Origin: Malacoraja senta
Taxonomy: Eukaryota
Assembly (NCBI GenBank): GCA_038087875.1
Contig: CM075989.1
Span: 8,370,001-8,434,000 of the forward strand
Length of the DNA: 64,000 bases
Reading direction: 5' to 3'
Below, piece by piece: positions 1-12,956 of the stretch. Both the position numbers and the translations under genes were made by a program. The number at the start of each line of letters is the position of its first letter. The stretch's first letter is position 1. The notes under the pieces were generated by a model, which was not told the DNA's origin, did no database searches, and worked only from the letters and a program-made list of their open reading frames with translations.

Positions 1-39
1 ATCACATTACAACTTTACAAATCATTCGCGAGCCCACAG

Positions 40-510
40 GACTCACAGTACAATTATTTGCAGTATTGAGTACTGTATCTGTAGTTCTGGTCGCCCAACT
101 ACAGGAAGAATGTCATTACATTGGAACAGGTGAAGAATGGATTCATGATGATGTTACCAGGTCTGGAAGGCTTGAATTACAAGAAACTGGGACTGTTTTC
201 ACTGGAGCTTAAGAGGCTCATGGCCATAGAGATATTCAAAATTATGAGGTTTGTTGGTAAGATGGATGGTTGTGGTCCTTTTCCCCCAGTGTAGCGGAGT
301 CTAAAACTAGAGGCACAGATTTAAGGTGAGAGGGGAAAGATATTTAAAAAGGGGACATGATGGGCAACCTTTTCTGACAAAGACGGTGGTAGATACATGG
401 AATAAGCTGCCAGTGGAAACTGTAAAGGTCCAATTGCAACATTAAAAAAAACATTTAGACATGGGTATGGAAGGTTTAGAAAGGTATGGGCATGTTTCTG
501 TGCCATATAA
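40..510 (+). mobile_element. Old CR1 LINE 3' fragment
   Basis: Decayed CR1 RT C-terminus (LEYC.QFWSP-like ttgagtactgtatctgtagttctggtcgcc) and typical 3' region (actagagggcacaga-like, atttagac). Confidence 0.7.
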
Positions 511-1833
511 CTATGAATCTAATAAAATACAATGGTATGCAAAACAAACGGGTTAGTGACGAGTTATGTGATAAGCTGCAAATAATTTAGAGAATAAAAT
601 GTCCGTAACTTGACACTGGCGAAAATCAACCAATTCATTCCACATGCTTGCACTATCTAGCAACATCCTGAATGCAATAATCTATATCACAGCAGATGTC
701 GACAGATGTTAACTATTTTTACAGTCGCATATTGCAACAATTATCAGTGATCACATAACCAAATACACTCAGGCAATCGTCATGTTTGTTTCTAACTTCT
801 CTACACCCACACCAGAAACTAATTTTCTAACCCCAACAACTCCTGAATTCTCTGAAATTAATTTACGGTGCTATCCTCAAAAAGTACTTAAAAGAAAGCA
901 AATTCAATTTGTTCTGCCCAGATTTCTATTTATTTTTATTCAGCATAAACCTTGCCACATTCTTATGCATTCAAATATCACATTATAAACACCCATTGCC
1001 ATCAGTTGAGTTTGGTACGTAGGAAAAAAAAAGAGTACTTGTATCCATGTGAGAAATAGTATGGGAACACCATCAGAAAAAAATCATTTTAGAACTATCC
1101 CTATATTAAATCCAAAATGTGTTCTTTTGAAATCTACAAATGTAAATAGCAACTCGGATACACAGATGTGCACACAGTTTAGTTCAAATTATTGCTCAGC
1201 TTCATCTCCGCAATATACAGATCACATGTCAAATCTGCAGTCTAATAGCTTGAACTATATCGAAAAGAAAATCCAAAGTGTATCCTGTAAAGCACACTAA
1301 CTTAAAATCTACTTAATTTGAAATAAATTATTCATAACCATTAGTAGAATTTCAACCAACAGGACTTTGGACAGTACATTTTGCCGATTCATCAACTAAC
1401 TAACCGTGAAGTCGGGCCGGGGGAAGCTGGTATTGAGGTTGTAATGCCTAATATATGGCAAGTTAAAAACTTAACATTTGACTGAGGGATCATGGTTGAA
1501 TTATTCATTAGGAACAGTAAGCAATTAGCTGTCATATTGTCCTGAATTTCAAGCTCTGCAAATCACTCATGTTCATATTAAATTAATATCTTAACAGTTG
1601 CATGGTTAATGTGGTACAATGAACAGAAATAAATAATCAATTTCAAATCAAGAATAACGGCATGTCATTTTCCAACTTTAAAAAGTCTGTTTTCCCTTTT
1701 CTTTTGGTCCTCTCCAAAACAAATCAAATAAACACTCATTACATTTAGTCACAAAACCAAAATATGCACAATGAAAGAAGATGCCTTCAAAATAAATCAT
1801 ATTTTTTCCCAGAAATAAGTTCAAAACACTTAC

Positions 1834-2060
1834 TATGGTCAGGTCCCTTATCAGGTAAATGTTAAAATCGATTTGATGTAACTGAATGATCCCCACGTAG
1901 ACTATTCCACACTCTGCATCACAACAGTATTTTCCAAAGACATTTCTATAATCTACTCGAGAAGTTCCACTGAAATAAATGCCGAAGTACAGTACCAATA
2001 TACACCTCGTCAAAATCCCTACCTGATATTGTCCAAACCACCAACACATATCTCACCCAC
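1834..2060 (-). other. Predicted internal exon of an unidentified minus-strand transcript (probably 5' UTR or lncRNA)
   Basis: Acceptor atattttcag at 2061-2070 (rc) and donor ATA/GTAAGT at 1833. Only one frame (MCWWFGQ...) stays open to the donor, and I do not recognise it. Confidence 0.45.
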
Positions 2061-2588
2061 CTGAAAATATGTATTGCACAATCCCCCATCTTAGCACAAA
2101 TCATGATAAATAACATGGTACCAATGAGTGTTTTGTCAAAATGCAAACTATAAAGTAAACATACGCCTTAGTGTAACACCAATGACATTATTCAGAACTC
2201 AATGTCAACAAATTCCACCGATTACAAAAAAAAAGATTTTTACAACATTCTATCATAAACAAAAAACGTTAACATGAGTTGGAATCTCGGCAGCAACTTT
2301 CGAGATTAGTGCTCAATCTTCATTCTTGGGCTCTTAAAACAGTTTAAATAATGGTGTGCCCGTTTTGTTCTTGGCCACCTTCAAAATGTGTCAAGAAGCC
2401 GATATTTTAAATCACATTTGACGGCACACGTTCGTTCTACGGCATATTTTATCTTACAGATTTCCGATAACACATCGGGTGAGATAACAAACAGAAGAAT
2501 CTGAAGTTACTATTTGGTAAGATAATATTGTTCTAGGAGGCTTCTCTTAAAAAAAAGCAAACAAAAAAACTGCTCTGAAATTACATAC

Positions 2589-2733
2589 CTGTTACTTCCT
2601 TGCTAAATGTCTATATCATCATATGATTTGGACAAGATAACGAACTTGAAATGTTGGTGTTCAACATGCACCATCTTAAAATCTAATTCCTTTTCACCAG
2701 ATAAGCCAAGCGTAGCAGTTAAATACACATAGG
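2589..2733 (-). other. Predicted non-coding exon of the same minus-strand transcript
   Basis: Strong polypyrimidine tract ending cgagcgcag (AG at 2739-40 or 2734-35) and donor CAG/GTATGT at 2588. Stops in all three frames. Confidence 0.5.
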
Positions 2734-2856
2734 CTGCGCTCGGGAGAGAAAAATGGAAAGAAAAACACTACAAGTGGGCGAATGTTGAACTGCTGGTTTG
2801 CAGAGAAACTGGCTTCAGAGGTATTTTCAATTTTTTTTAAAAAGCAAATATCTTAC

Positions 2857-3130
2857 ATTGCAGTTCCACGGGATGTGTTCGACCATCACAACAGTATCAA
2901 TGGGATTTTGACACCAAGTGGTTTGTTTTACTTCAGGTTTTTCTTCCTGGCGCACAAGTGCAGGAATATTGGCGGAATGTTAAAATTCGTAGGAGTACAA
3001 AAGGAGGTATCCGCACACAGGAAACAGCAGGATGGCCGAGGCTGCCAACTCTACGTGTGTTGCCAACCGAGCGGGCGGGCAGGCAGGAACAAGCTCGCCT
3101 GCCAACTGCACCCACAGGCATCCCAGCGTG
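2857..3130 (-). other. Predicted first exon of the minus-strand transcript (start approximate)
   Basis: Runs out of the CpG island and ends at donor AAT/GTAAGA (2856). Confidence 0.4.
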
Positions 3131-3860
3131 GGGGGGGAGGGGAAGGGAGGAAGCACGCATGCGCATTGCCCATTCCTCTCCCCCCCTCCGCGGACGGTTA
3201 ATGGACAGCTGGTCGGCCAATCAGCGGGCACAGACCCCAGCCTACGTCACGCACCCCCTCAGCCAATGGGAGTCAGCGAAAGGGGCGGGACATGAGCGGC
3301 GCCAACGGTGGCGGCGCGGGCTCGTCGGACGCCAACGGCCGCCGGTAAACCGCACCAAGAGTAGGTAAGGCCGATAGAAGTAACCGCACCTCATGCACAC
3401 CCACCTGGACCGAAGGGAATCCGATAGGAAAGTCCTTTTTAAAAATGTATCGGTGCTCAGTTTGGAAAAAATGCATGCATAATCAAATCAAACGCTGCCT
3501 TTGATTATATGTCGCGGCACAGGCACATTTCTCCTCACGGGTAGAGTTTCTAAGGGAAGCCGAAACTTGAGACGAGATGTGCTCACACGACACAGCCGCC
3601 GGATTTCTCGGAGTTTTTATTTAATCCACAAGCCGCTGCTATTCGACCGAACTTGACGAACGGCCGGTGTCGCGCGGCGCGGGTGTGATTGACAGGAGCC
3701 AGGGGGAGGGGCTAGGCTGAGCCAATCAAGTGCGTGTGGGTGGGCGGGGCCGGTCGAACACGGGGTGGGGCTAGAGCGCACGCCGTCTGTCAATCACGCA
3801 CCCCACTCCCGGCGGCAGGCAGGTGGCGCAGACATGGTGCCCATTGCAGCATGTGCAGAA
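3020..3860. promoter_or_regulatory. CpG-island, probably bidirectional Pol II promoter
   Basis: High GC/CpG in an AT-rich background. NRF1-like GCATGCGCA (~3157), CCAAT at 3217, 3263 and 3722, CRE-like CGTCA (~3245), GC boxes at 3282 and 3742, TGATTGACAG at 3686 and its reverse complement at 3787. Plus-strand donor AG/GTAAGG at 3365. Confidence 0.75.
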
Positions 3861-3989
3861 TATGCCACCAGTGCAAGAGAATAAATAATCATTGCTGTAT
3901 GTCCAGATGAAGCGTGGAAAGGAGAAAAAAGATGCTGCATTTTCTGGGTTGATATATACCTGAAAAGCTCGGGCTATCCTTGATCGGAT

Positions 3990-4160
3990 TTTGCTGGATT
4001 TACCTTGCACTAAACGTTATTCCCTTATCATGTATCTATACACTGTAAATGGCTGGATTGTAATCATGTACTGTCTTTCTGCTGACTGGATAGCACGCAA
4101 GAAAAGCTTTTCACTGTACCTCGGTACAAGTGACAATAAATAAAATAAACTAAAGAAAAA
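3990..4160 (+). mobile_element. Rex1/Babar-type LINE 3' end fragment
   Basis: 3' motif cttttcactgtacctcggtacaagtgacaataaa plus short repeat tail, shared with many copies in the window. Confidence 0.55.
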
Positions 4161-4177
4161 CAGAAAACATACGTGGC

Positions 4178-4462
4178 TAGACACAAAATGCTGGAGTAAC
4201 TCAGCGGAACAGCAAGCGTCTCCCAAGAGAAGTGATGTTTTGGACCGAGACCCTTCTTCAGACTGACTCGACCCAAAACGTCACCCTTTCCTTCTCTCCA
4301 GAGATGCTGCTGAGTTACTGCAGCACTGTCCTGCTGAGTTACTGCAGCACTTTGTGTCTATCTTCGGTGTAAACCAGCATCTGCGGTTCCTTCAAAGGTC
4401 TGTTTATTGTCACGTGTACCAATTAAGGTACAGTGAAACTCGAATTACTGCAGTTCCTTCCT
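4178..4462. mobile_element. Palindromic Penelope pLTR-derived mini-element, interrupted by a short LINE tail
   Basis: Inverted arms tagacacaaaatgctggagtaactcagc / gctgagttactgcagcactttgtgtcta. Flanking duplication aaa(c/t)atacgtggc at ~4165 and ~4463. Confidence 0.7.
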
Positions 4463-5000
4463 AAATATACGTGGCGACCCTTTGCGTTCTTTGTATATCG
4501 TATGCAAAAACAAACATTTCACAGTACCTAGATACATGTGACAATAAAATATCATAGTCAAGTCATTGTTTCGCAATCACAGCAAGTACCATTCAACACC
4601 ATTGTGCCAGAGCTACTACACTCCAAACTTTCCAAGTTGACTGTGCCCGAACCCCTTTGTCGGATCACCAGCTTCCTGACAGACAAGAAGCAGCATGTTA
4701 GGCTGGGAAAGCAATTCTCGGACCCACAGACCCTCAGCATAGGAGCACCGCAAGGTGTGATCCCATTGTGATGTCATAGCTGCAACTGCCAGCACTGAAG
4801 TGTTGAAGTGATTATTAAAGAGGATTTAATAAACTTAAAAATGTGATAACTTGTGAAATATAACATCAATCTGAACGAAACTTGATACAAACAACCACAG
4901 GTCAATGTAAGGTGGTGCAAAACTTTTTGGCATAGCTCCTTGAGATCGCAGGCACGCAGACAGACGTCCAAACATGATGAGAGTTTTAGTGCTATATAGA

Positions 5001-5022
5001 TAGATAAGATAGATAGATAGAT
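5001..5022. repeat. (GATA)n microsatellite
   Basis: Direct reading. Confidence 0.85.
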
Positions 5023-5649
5023 ATCTTTGGCATATGTTGAACATTCTCTGTTTCAGTCACACTCTGATACCCTCTTCTTGCTTTCACATTGTCTCTGCTG
5101 CCAATTTCCACCCTGCTGTCAGCTTCACATGGTCCGTCTTCACTTTCTCAAGGTATAGGCTGGCAGCCAACACCTACACCTACTGGCACCCACAACTGGC
5201 ATAACCACACTTCCTTTCATTCTATTTTTAAATAAGGATGATATTACATTCCCCCCACTCATGGCTCAGGCAGATTTGACAGATTAATGTTTATTAAAGA
5301 TGAGTAATGACAGATGGTGTGCCAAGAAGCATATTGATTTTTATGAAGTGATGAGCTAGTTGGACCAAATGGCCTTTCATCATTGAGAATATATAACTGT
5401 TAAGACATTTGAACAGCAACAAATTAACAAGATAATAAATCATTAACCTGTGACATTCTCTTGGGTCGATTTTAAATCTATTTCTTTCTTCACAGATGCT
5501 GGCTGACTTCTGCACAGTTCAGATTTTATGCATCTGCAGTATTTTGCTTTTTTTACCAACATGCTTTCCTTCGGTTTGTTTAGAATTGACTGACCCTTAG
5601 CAATGCTAAGGGAATGTGGTAAAGACACAGTGATGCTATTCTTAAGACA

Positions 5650-6360
5650 AAGCATTAACCTGATCATTGGAGTGGAAGTAAAGATTCCATCAGCATTGTT
5701 CAAAGAATAGATAATTATCCTACCTAACATTTCTCCTTCAACAGAAAAACGATTAATTGATTATCTCGCCTAATTTGCCCTTTGTGAACCTTATGTGCAA
5801 ATTAATAGTTGTGTTCACTTGCAGAACAACAGTGATTTCTGTTCAAAAACATCTTATTGTTTAAATATACTTTGTGACTCTATTTTTGCTGTTTTCAGTA
5901 ACTTTAGATATAGTTAACAGGTTATATGAATAGAAAATAGATACATTTTGCATCTGTGCATTGGAAGTATGTTTCAGATCGGTGACATTTTGTTAGAACA
6001 AAGTACACAAAAAGATTTACGTAGCTCCTTCCATAGCCCCAAGACTATAGCATTTCACAACTGCAATTGACTTTCAAAGTGCAGTCACACATTTTATGGT
6101 GGAAACTCAGCAAAGTCCCACAAGGAGCAATGCTATTGAATAATGTGCTTTAATAATGTTGGAGAACTTCTCTGCTCTTGAATAATGTCTTGTAAACTTT
6201 TATGTTTGCTTGAGGGAGAATAGGATCTCAATCCAATATTTCAGAGCTGAATTCCTAGGTATGTCATTGGTGTATCAACCTTGATAATGAGTTAAAGCTT
6301 TGAGTGTGGGACTTGAGATCAAAACCTACTGACTGGTGACAATTGCTACCAATGTGCCAC
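5650..6360. mobile_element. Ancient DeuSINE/SacSINE-like remnants (plus ~5650-5880, minus ~6020-6360)
   Basis: Recalled similarity to Deu-domain SINE consensus; highly diverged, not verified by alignment. Confidence 0.35.
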
Positions 6361-7129
6361 AGTGAATATCATCTGGATATTACAACCACCATAGTTGGAA
6401 GAGTTCTGACCCGAAACATCATCTGTGCATTTCCCTCCACAGAAGCTGCCTGTCCTGCTAAGTTTCTCCAGAAATTTATTTTTTGTTCAAGATCCCAGGT
6501 CCTGCTGCCTTTTGTGCCTCTTGGTCTTGTCTATCTTTGCAAAATAAAAACATGCCATTGTCCCTCAGGCTATGGGGTACAATAACATGAGTACAAAGAT
6601 GTTTGAAGTAGAACTTCACACTGCGATGCCCGAAACAGCTAATTAAAAATGTCATAACAAGAAACTTTCTAAACTCTTACAGTTTTTGTTATTGGCAAAA
6701 TGCAACTTTCTCATAGTGATATATGTATACGCATTCTATAACATTTATGTAAGCGTTTAAATCAACAGTATTCACAAGGAAGAGGTCCAAATGAGCTGCT
6801 GAAGGTCATTGTCAACATTACAATAATCAGCTCGCTTGTGTAATCAAAAAGTGAACCAGCAGGAACCAGATGTGTCTGCCCTGCTCATCTGTGGTAGGTG
6901 TTGATACTGTACACTTTTTTTAATATCCCGTGCGCTCTAAATAAACCAGATAACCTTCTCCATAGATTCTTATTGAAGTCACATGGAACTGCAGATGCAA
7001 GAATCTTGAGGAAAACCCTGGAGTACTGGAGTAACTCAATCGGTGAGATAGCATTTATGGAGGAATGGATAAGCGACGTTTCGGGTTGGGAACCGATCTT
7101 TCTACCCACTACTACAATTAAGAGTCATG

Positions 7130-7530
7130 CATCAAGAGTTTTTAATTATAATAATGTACCGAAACAGAACAATGAAATTCTTAGTTGCATCAGCACAACA
7201 GGTTTGTAAACACAATACTCAATTGATAACCTTATAAACAACAAACAAATGAAAAAAATGTAATAAACTTTAAAAAACCTAATATAATACAAAACAAAGC
7301 CCGAAGTGCAACCAATTCAGTTCATAGTTCTAAGTTGGAGTTTGTAGTGTTCAATTGCCTGATCATTGCTGGGAAAAAGCTGTGCCTGAATGATGTCACA
7401 GTTTACAGATTCCTATATCTTCTTCCCGATGGCAGGAGTGAAACGAGAGGATGGCTAGGGTGCTGTGGGTCCTTGATTCCTTGATGATGCTGGCTGCCAT
7501 TTTGAGGCAGTTCTTCTTATCTCTGATAAA
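7130..7530 (-). mobile_element. Rex1/Babar LINE 3' fragment
   Basis: rc of the C-terminal LPSGRRY-like motif (tcttcccgatggcagg) and 3' UTR. Confidence 0.6.
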
Positions 7531-8693
7531 TGTTTGGAGAGGTAAGAGGAGGTTCCCTGTGAAAGACATTGGCCATTTGGGCCAAAAAATATATATTATT
7601 TATGTAGATTGTAAGCATAAAAATAAGTGGTACACTTTGTGGGTGGCCCTCGAGGGAATTTTAATTGTCTTATTTATAACAGTCATGGCATAAACCTACT
7701 CATTAGAAATTAGTAATTTAAACATTTTGATACGGTTATGTGGCTCAAATGTTAATTGTATTTTACAATTAATGGCCACTGTTTGGATTTCCCTGAAGCT
7801 CTGGAGACCCAATGGCTGAAAGGAAATGAGAACAGCCGAATCTCTTACCAACGTGTTTTTCCACCAATGCCTATGGACAGAAGGAGTACTTCCCCACAGC
7901 CATCAGGCTATTAAACTCAACTGAAACAAATCTCTGAACATTAATAGACCATTATCTGTTTATTTGCACTTTATCTGCTTATTTATTGTGTGTATATATT
8001 TATATAATGGTATATGGACACACATATGTTCTGTATTCATGCCTACTATATTCTGTTGTGCTTAAGCAAAGCAAGAATTTCATTGTCCTATCTGGGACAC
8101 ATGACAATAAACTCTCTTGACTTGAGTAGGAATGCTTCCCCAGGCCACAGTCCAAGCAATCGTCTATTTTATGTATGTTCCTTGCCTCTCCCACCACAGC
8201 CCATTACTTATGATCCTACCTCTCAGGTAAGGTTTAGAGGGATGTGGGGAGGTGGGACTAGTGTAGATGGGGCATCTTGTTTGGCATAGGCAAGTTTGGC
8301 TGAGGGCCTGTTTCTGTGCTATATCACTCTGATCAATCCAAGCTCATGCCTTCATAATGTCTCCTTAGCTGCAGGCGTTCCTGTCCAACTGTCATCCGAT
8401 CTCTCAACCTCGCTGATTGCAGGCAGGAAACGAGTCCAAAAAATGTGAACTAGCTTTTGTAGTTAAATTAAGGATTACATACCTACCTCTCCCGACTTCT
8501 TCCTATTAGACTCTTGTGGGAAATTCCTTGACATGGAAATATATTTTCCTTCTAAACATTAATTACTCGATCCATCTTTGATCTTGTCACTTCTGAGATC
8601 TTCAGTGATGAGCACACATCATTCAGTCAAACTTTAAAGACAAACTAGCAGCATCATTTGCAAACATACAAACAGTACATGTACAATTCTGCA

Positions 8694-8904
8694 ATAGACA
8701 CAAAATGCTGGAGTAACTCAGTGGGACAGGCAGAATCTCTGGAGATAAGGAATGGGTGACATTTTTCGGGTCGAGACACTTCTTCAGCCCCAAAATGTCA
8801 ACCATTCCTTCTCTCCAGGGATGCTACCTGTCTTGCCGAGTTATTCCAGCATTTTGTGTCTACCTTCGATTTAAATAAGCATCTGCAGTTCTTTCCTACA
8901 ATAC
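8694..8904. mobile_element. Palindromic Penelope pLTR mini-element
   Basis: Inverted pLTR arms; TSD tgtacaattc(t/g)gca at 8680-8693 and 8905-8918. Confidence 0.75.
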
Positions 8905-10104
8905 TGTACAATTCGGCAGTCTGTAGATTAAGGAAGTGAGATACATCAAATAACTGAAAGTTGTTTGAAGTGGAAATACTCTGAAATGTCAGATAGTACC
9001 TAAATGAGTAATGTCATGTTAGAGGATCAAATAAAAGAATAGTTTAAACGCATTTGAAATATTGACTGTTTTCAAAGTATTCTCATGGATAGTCATAAAA
9101 TGGAGGAGATTTGAGAAAATAAATCAAGCTTGATGCAATCGGGACAGCAAGCAGGTTCTGTATAGTCCACCTTTGATCAGCCATATCTCTGATACTCCTG
9201 TAGGACCGGGGTAAAGCTTAATACTCTTGGCTGAGTGATTTCCCGTGTAACACCTTTTAAAGCTTTATATATGGTCTTGAAGATTCAAGTCAGAGCAACA
9301 GAACGATCATTGCGTTTTCGACTGAGGCATTGGCAACTATACTTACATAACTTAATGCCATCCAGATTGAAACAGTCTAATTGATTATCACCCTTGTCAC
9401 TATAAATTGTATCCCCTTCAGCACCAACGCACTTCAGCTACAGTAGCTACCTGATGAAGAATTATTACAACGTTTATCGTGGCACTTTTCCAATTGCAAA
9501 GACGAGCAGTAAGATTGTGAGAACACGAAGATTGTAACCATTTTGTCTTGCACATATATTGCCTTACTTAATTATTGCCTGTTCCCCAAGATTCCTTATT
9601 TTTTTAACAAGTTTCAGCCTAAAATTAGTGAACGTAGGCAAATTTGCAAAAGTGCTGGTTCCAAACAAATTCACTGTTTTATTTTCAGAGACACAAAACG
9701 GCTGTATGGGAAGTATGCCTTGACAGGCACATATATTATCCATCTAAATATATTAATTATTTGGCCCATCTTTGATCTTGTCACTTCTGAGACATCTTCA
9801 GTGATGAGCACACGTCATTCAAATACGTTGCTGTTCTAGGATGTGCTTTACTGGGCAGAGTGGAGATAGTGACACTAATAATGCACCTGAACTCCATGTA
9901 CTTGATGCTAACATCGTGTATTTAAATGGAAATTTATTCTGTTTCCCACCGATGAGGTCTCTCGAATTAAAGTGGACAATGTTAATAAACATACACATGC
10001 CGTCTTTGTATTTTCATTTTTGTGTTGCATTATATTTCAGTGAAATTAAATCATCTGAGAATTAATTATACACCAGAAAAATAACACAACTGAATATAGC
10101 TATC

Positions 10105-10910
10105 GGAATTGGTTTATTTGACAAGTGTACCAAGAATTGTTTTGCATGCTATCCAAGCAAACAATACCATACATAACAGGTTGTGCAAACAAGGAAAGGA
10201 AACAGAGTGTAAAATATGGTGTTACAGCTACAGAGAAAATGCAGATTAAAAAAATCTGCAATGAGGTAGATTGGAAGCTCGTGAATACATCGTTAGTATA
10301 TGAAAGGTGCATTGAAGACTGATAACAGCAAGGAAGAATCTGTTTGTGAATCTGGCGGTACGTGCTTTTGAGCGTTTGCATTGTCTGCCCGACAGGAGAA
10401 GGGAGAAGAGTGAATGATCGGGGTATGAATGGTTGTTGATTATGTTGGCTGCTTTCCCAAGGCAATGTGAAGTATAGATAGAGTCGATGGGGTGAAGTTG
10501 ATTTGTGTGATGGGCTGGGCTGAGAGCACAGCTCTCTGCGCTTTATTGTGATGCAGAAGGATAGGGTGCTATCCATGGTGCATTTGCAGAAATTGATGAG
10601 TCATTGGAGACATGCCAAATTTCCTTAGATTTATGAGAACGTATTGGTATGTTTTGTTGACCGTAGCATTGATGTGTTTGGACCAGGTCAAATTATTGAT
10701 GATATTGACACCTAGGAACCTGAAGCTATTGACCATCTCAATTTCAGTGGAGACTAGGTGGTAACTCCACCATGCTTCCTGAAGTCGATAACCAGCTCTT
10801 TTCTTTAGCTGACATTGAGGGAGGTTATTGACTTGACACCATATTACTAAACTCTCTATCTCCTTCCTATACTCTGCCTTGGCATTGTTCAAGAACCTGC
10901 CCACTATGGT
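10105..10910 (-). mobile_element. Rex1/Babar LINE fragment (RT C-terminus and 3' UTR)
   Basis: ORF 10569-10943: YRKEIESLVIWCQVNNL...FRFLGVNIINNLTWSKHI, typical of Rex1 RT. Confidence 0.75.
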
Positions 10911-11025
10911 TAACCTATATATACACATACATGACCTTATCAAATTTCCTCCTCAAATGCTTCTTATAGAATTACATTTTCCCATAATTTATATTTCTGT
11001 GGCACCTTTAATGCAATAAGGTATA

Positions 11026-11117
11026 CTGAAGAAGGGTCTCGACCCGAAACGTCACCCATTCCTTCTCTAGAAATGCTGCCTCTCCTGCTAAATTACTCCA
11101 GCTTTTTGTGTCTATCT
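11026..11117 (+). mobile_element. Solo Penelope pLTR fragment with intact hammerhead core
   Basis: CTGAAGA-A-GGGTC TC GACCC-GAAAC-GTC at 11026-11053; flanking duplication taaggt(a/g)tac. Confidence 0.7.
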
Positions 11118-11744
11118 AAGGTGTACCAATTGTTATTTGAGCGAATGCAACACAAGACTAAGTACAGCCATAAATACACGCTAGTCTGGTGATGTTTCAA
11201 TGAGAACAATTAGCTGAGAGTGAGAGATCTTATTCCTTGAATATTGCCATACAATCTTCAAATCTAGCTGAACCACTGTTCAATACAGCCTTTGATTTAT
11301 TATTTGGTCAGGAAGGCGATATTTTTGACAAGGTAGTTCTGCAATAATGTGTTCATTAAGATATTTCAAAAATGCAGAATACTTCATGACAAATTATGAC
11401 AATAATCAAAATTACTGAATTCTGGTGAGGGATTTTGTTGACATGTAAACTGCAAGATTCAGTTGTGGATTTCATATTAATGGTTTTCTAAACCATAGTA
11501 AATTGCAGAGTCCATACTCTTCACTTGCACAATATTAAATATTTATACACAATCCCCAGCACACACTGGGCATGTGCGAGTCATTTCAATTTGCCTGCTA
11601 TATGAATTAAACAGTTCATTTTCCTATGCTACAATGATGACTGAACTTCAAAAGAAGTACTTAATTAACTCTAAAACTCCTTGGGAGATCCTGAAAAGGA
11701 CATGTATGACACCTATATACTTGCAAGTTCTTCTCACTTTTTAG

Positions 11745-12020
11745 CTTTTTAGTTTAGGGATACAGAGCGGAAACAGGCCCTTCGGCGTCACCGACCAGCG
11801 ATCCCCGCACATTAACACTATCCTATACTCACTAGGGACAATTTACACTTATACCAAGCCAATTAACCTACAAACCTGTATGTCTTTGGAGTGTGGGAAG
11901 AAACCAAAGATCTCGGAGAAAACCCACGCGGTCACAGGGAGAACGTACAAACTCCGTACAGACAGAACCCGTAGTCGGGATCGAACCTGGGTCTCCGGCG
12001 CATCAAGCCCACCGTGCTGT
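11745..12020 (-). mobile_element. tRNA-derived SINE (HE1-like)
   Basis: rc contains the B box ggttcgatcc, body ttcccacactccaaagac and an (ctaaa)-type tail. Confidence 0.75.
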
Positions 12021-12092
12021 GTTCATTTAAAATCTATCAAATCACATCAACCACTGACTATGCCTAAATAATCATATTTCAGGTATCTATAT

Positions 12093-12220
12093 ATGTAGGA
12101 AAGAACTGCAGATGCTGGTTTAAATCGAAGATAAACACAAAATGCTGGAGTAACTCAGCCGGACAGGCAGCATCTCTAGAGAAGGAATGGGTGACGTTTT
12201 GGGTCGAGACCCTTCTTTAG
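12093..12220 (-). mobile_element. Penelope pLTR fragment
   Basis: Same pLTR sequence; hammerhead core mutated. Confidence 0.7.
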
Positions 12221-12956
12221 GCTAGGATTCTAGGAATCACATGGAATTGAACTTTCTATCAATAATAATTTTTGAAAGTCGTGGTTACTGCTTAGTGTTC
12301 TGCGTGATTTGAATGTTAAAAGCTGTGGATGTGTTAAAATGGGACCAATCAGCTGACTAGAAATGTTCAAGCTGAGACTGGTTAGACTTAGTTACAAAAA
12401 TATGAAAATATGCAGCTGCAACGCGTAATTTCATTGCTATTTGTTCTTGGTGTTTTCAATTCATAAGGTCATATGGTTATAAGTGATAGGATCAGAATTA
12501 GGCCATTCGGCCCATCAAGTCTGCCATTCAATCATTGCTCATCTATCTCCCTCCTAACCCCATTCTTCTCCCCATAACATTTAACACCTGTACTAATCAA
12601 GAAATTGCATCAGAATTTAATTGATACAGAATTTCATTAATAATATGAAATTCTACAAAGATTTGTCCTAAATAAATCATCTGATTATGGTAGAGCTATA
12701 CAAATTAGGAAGATTAGAGGTTCCATTCCTAAATCTTCGATGTAGATCTTAGTGAAGACATAAACTGGCATACTTGACACCCCAATAAGGGGAAAAATCA
12801 ACAAAAATTCTTCATCAGGATTTTAGACAAGCATTTTATAAATATTTTCTTTCACTGATTTTCTGTAAAATCCATGCATAAAGGTGCTCCTGCCAAACTC
12901 AGATCTCTGAAACTGCCTACTGGGAAGCCACACGTCACCTCCTGCAGTGTCTAGTA

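Noticed and set aside
1678-2049. 123-aa hydrophobic ORF as a named gene
   Set aside because: No recognisable family, and it runs through a strong splice donor. Kept only as a possible exon or uORF.
5470-5550. Plus-strand acceptor and exon at ~5495
   Set aside because: Downstream sequence resembles a decayed pLTR tail and no convincing donor follows.
8600-8626. Box C/D snoRNA in the duplicated segment
   Set aside because: GTGATGA is present but no downstream box D or terminal stem is conserved in both copies.
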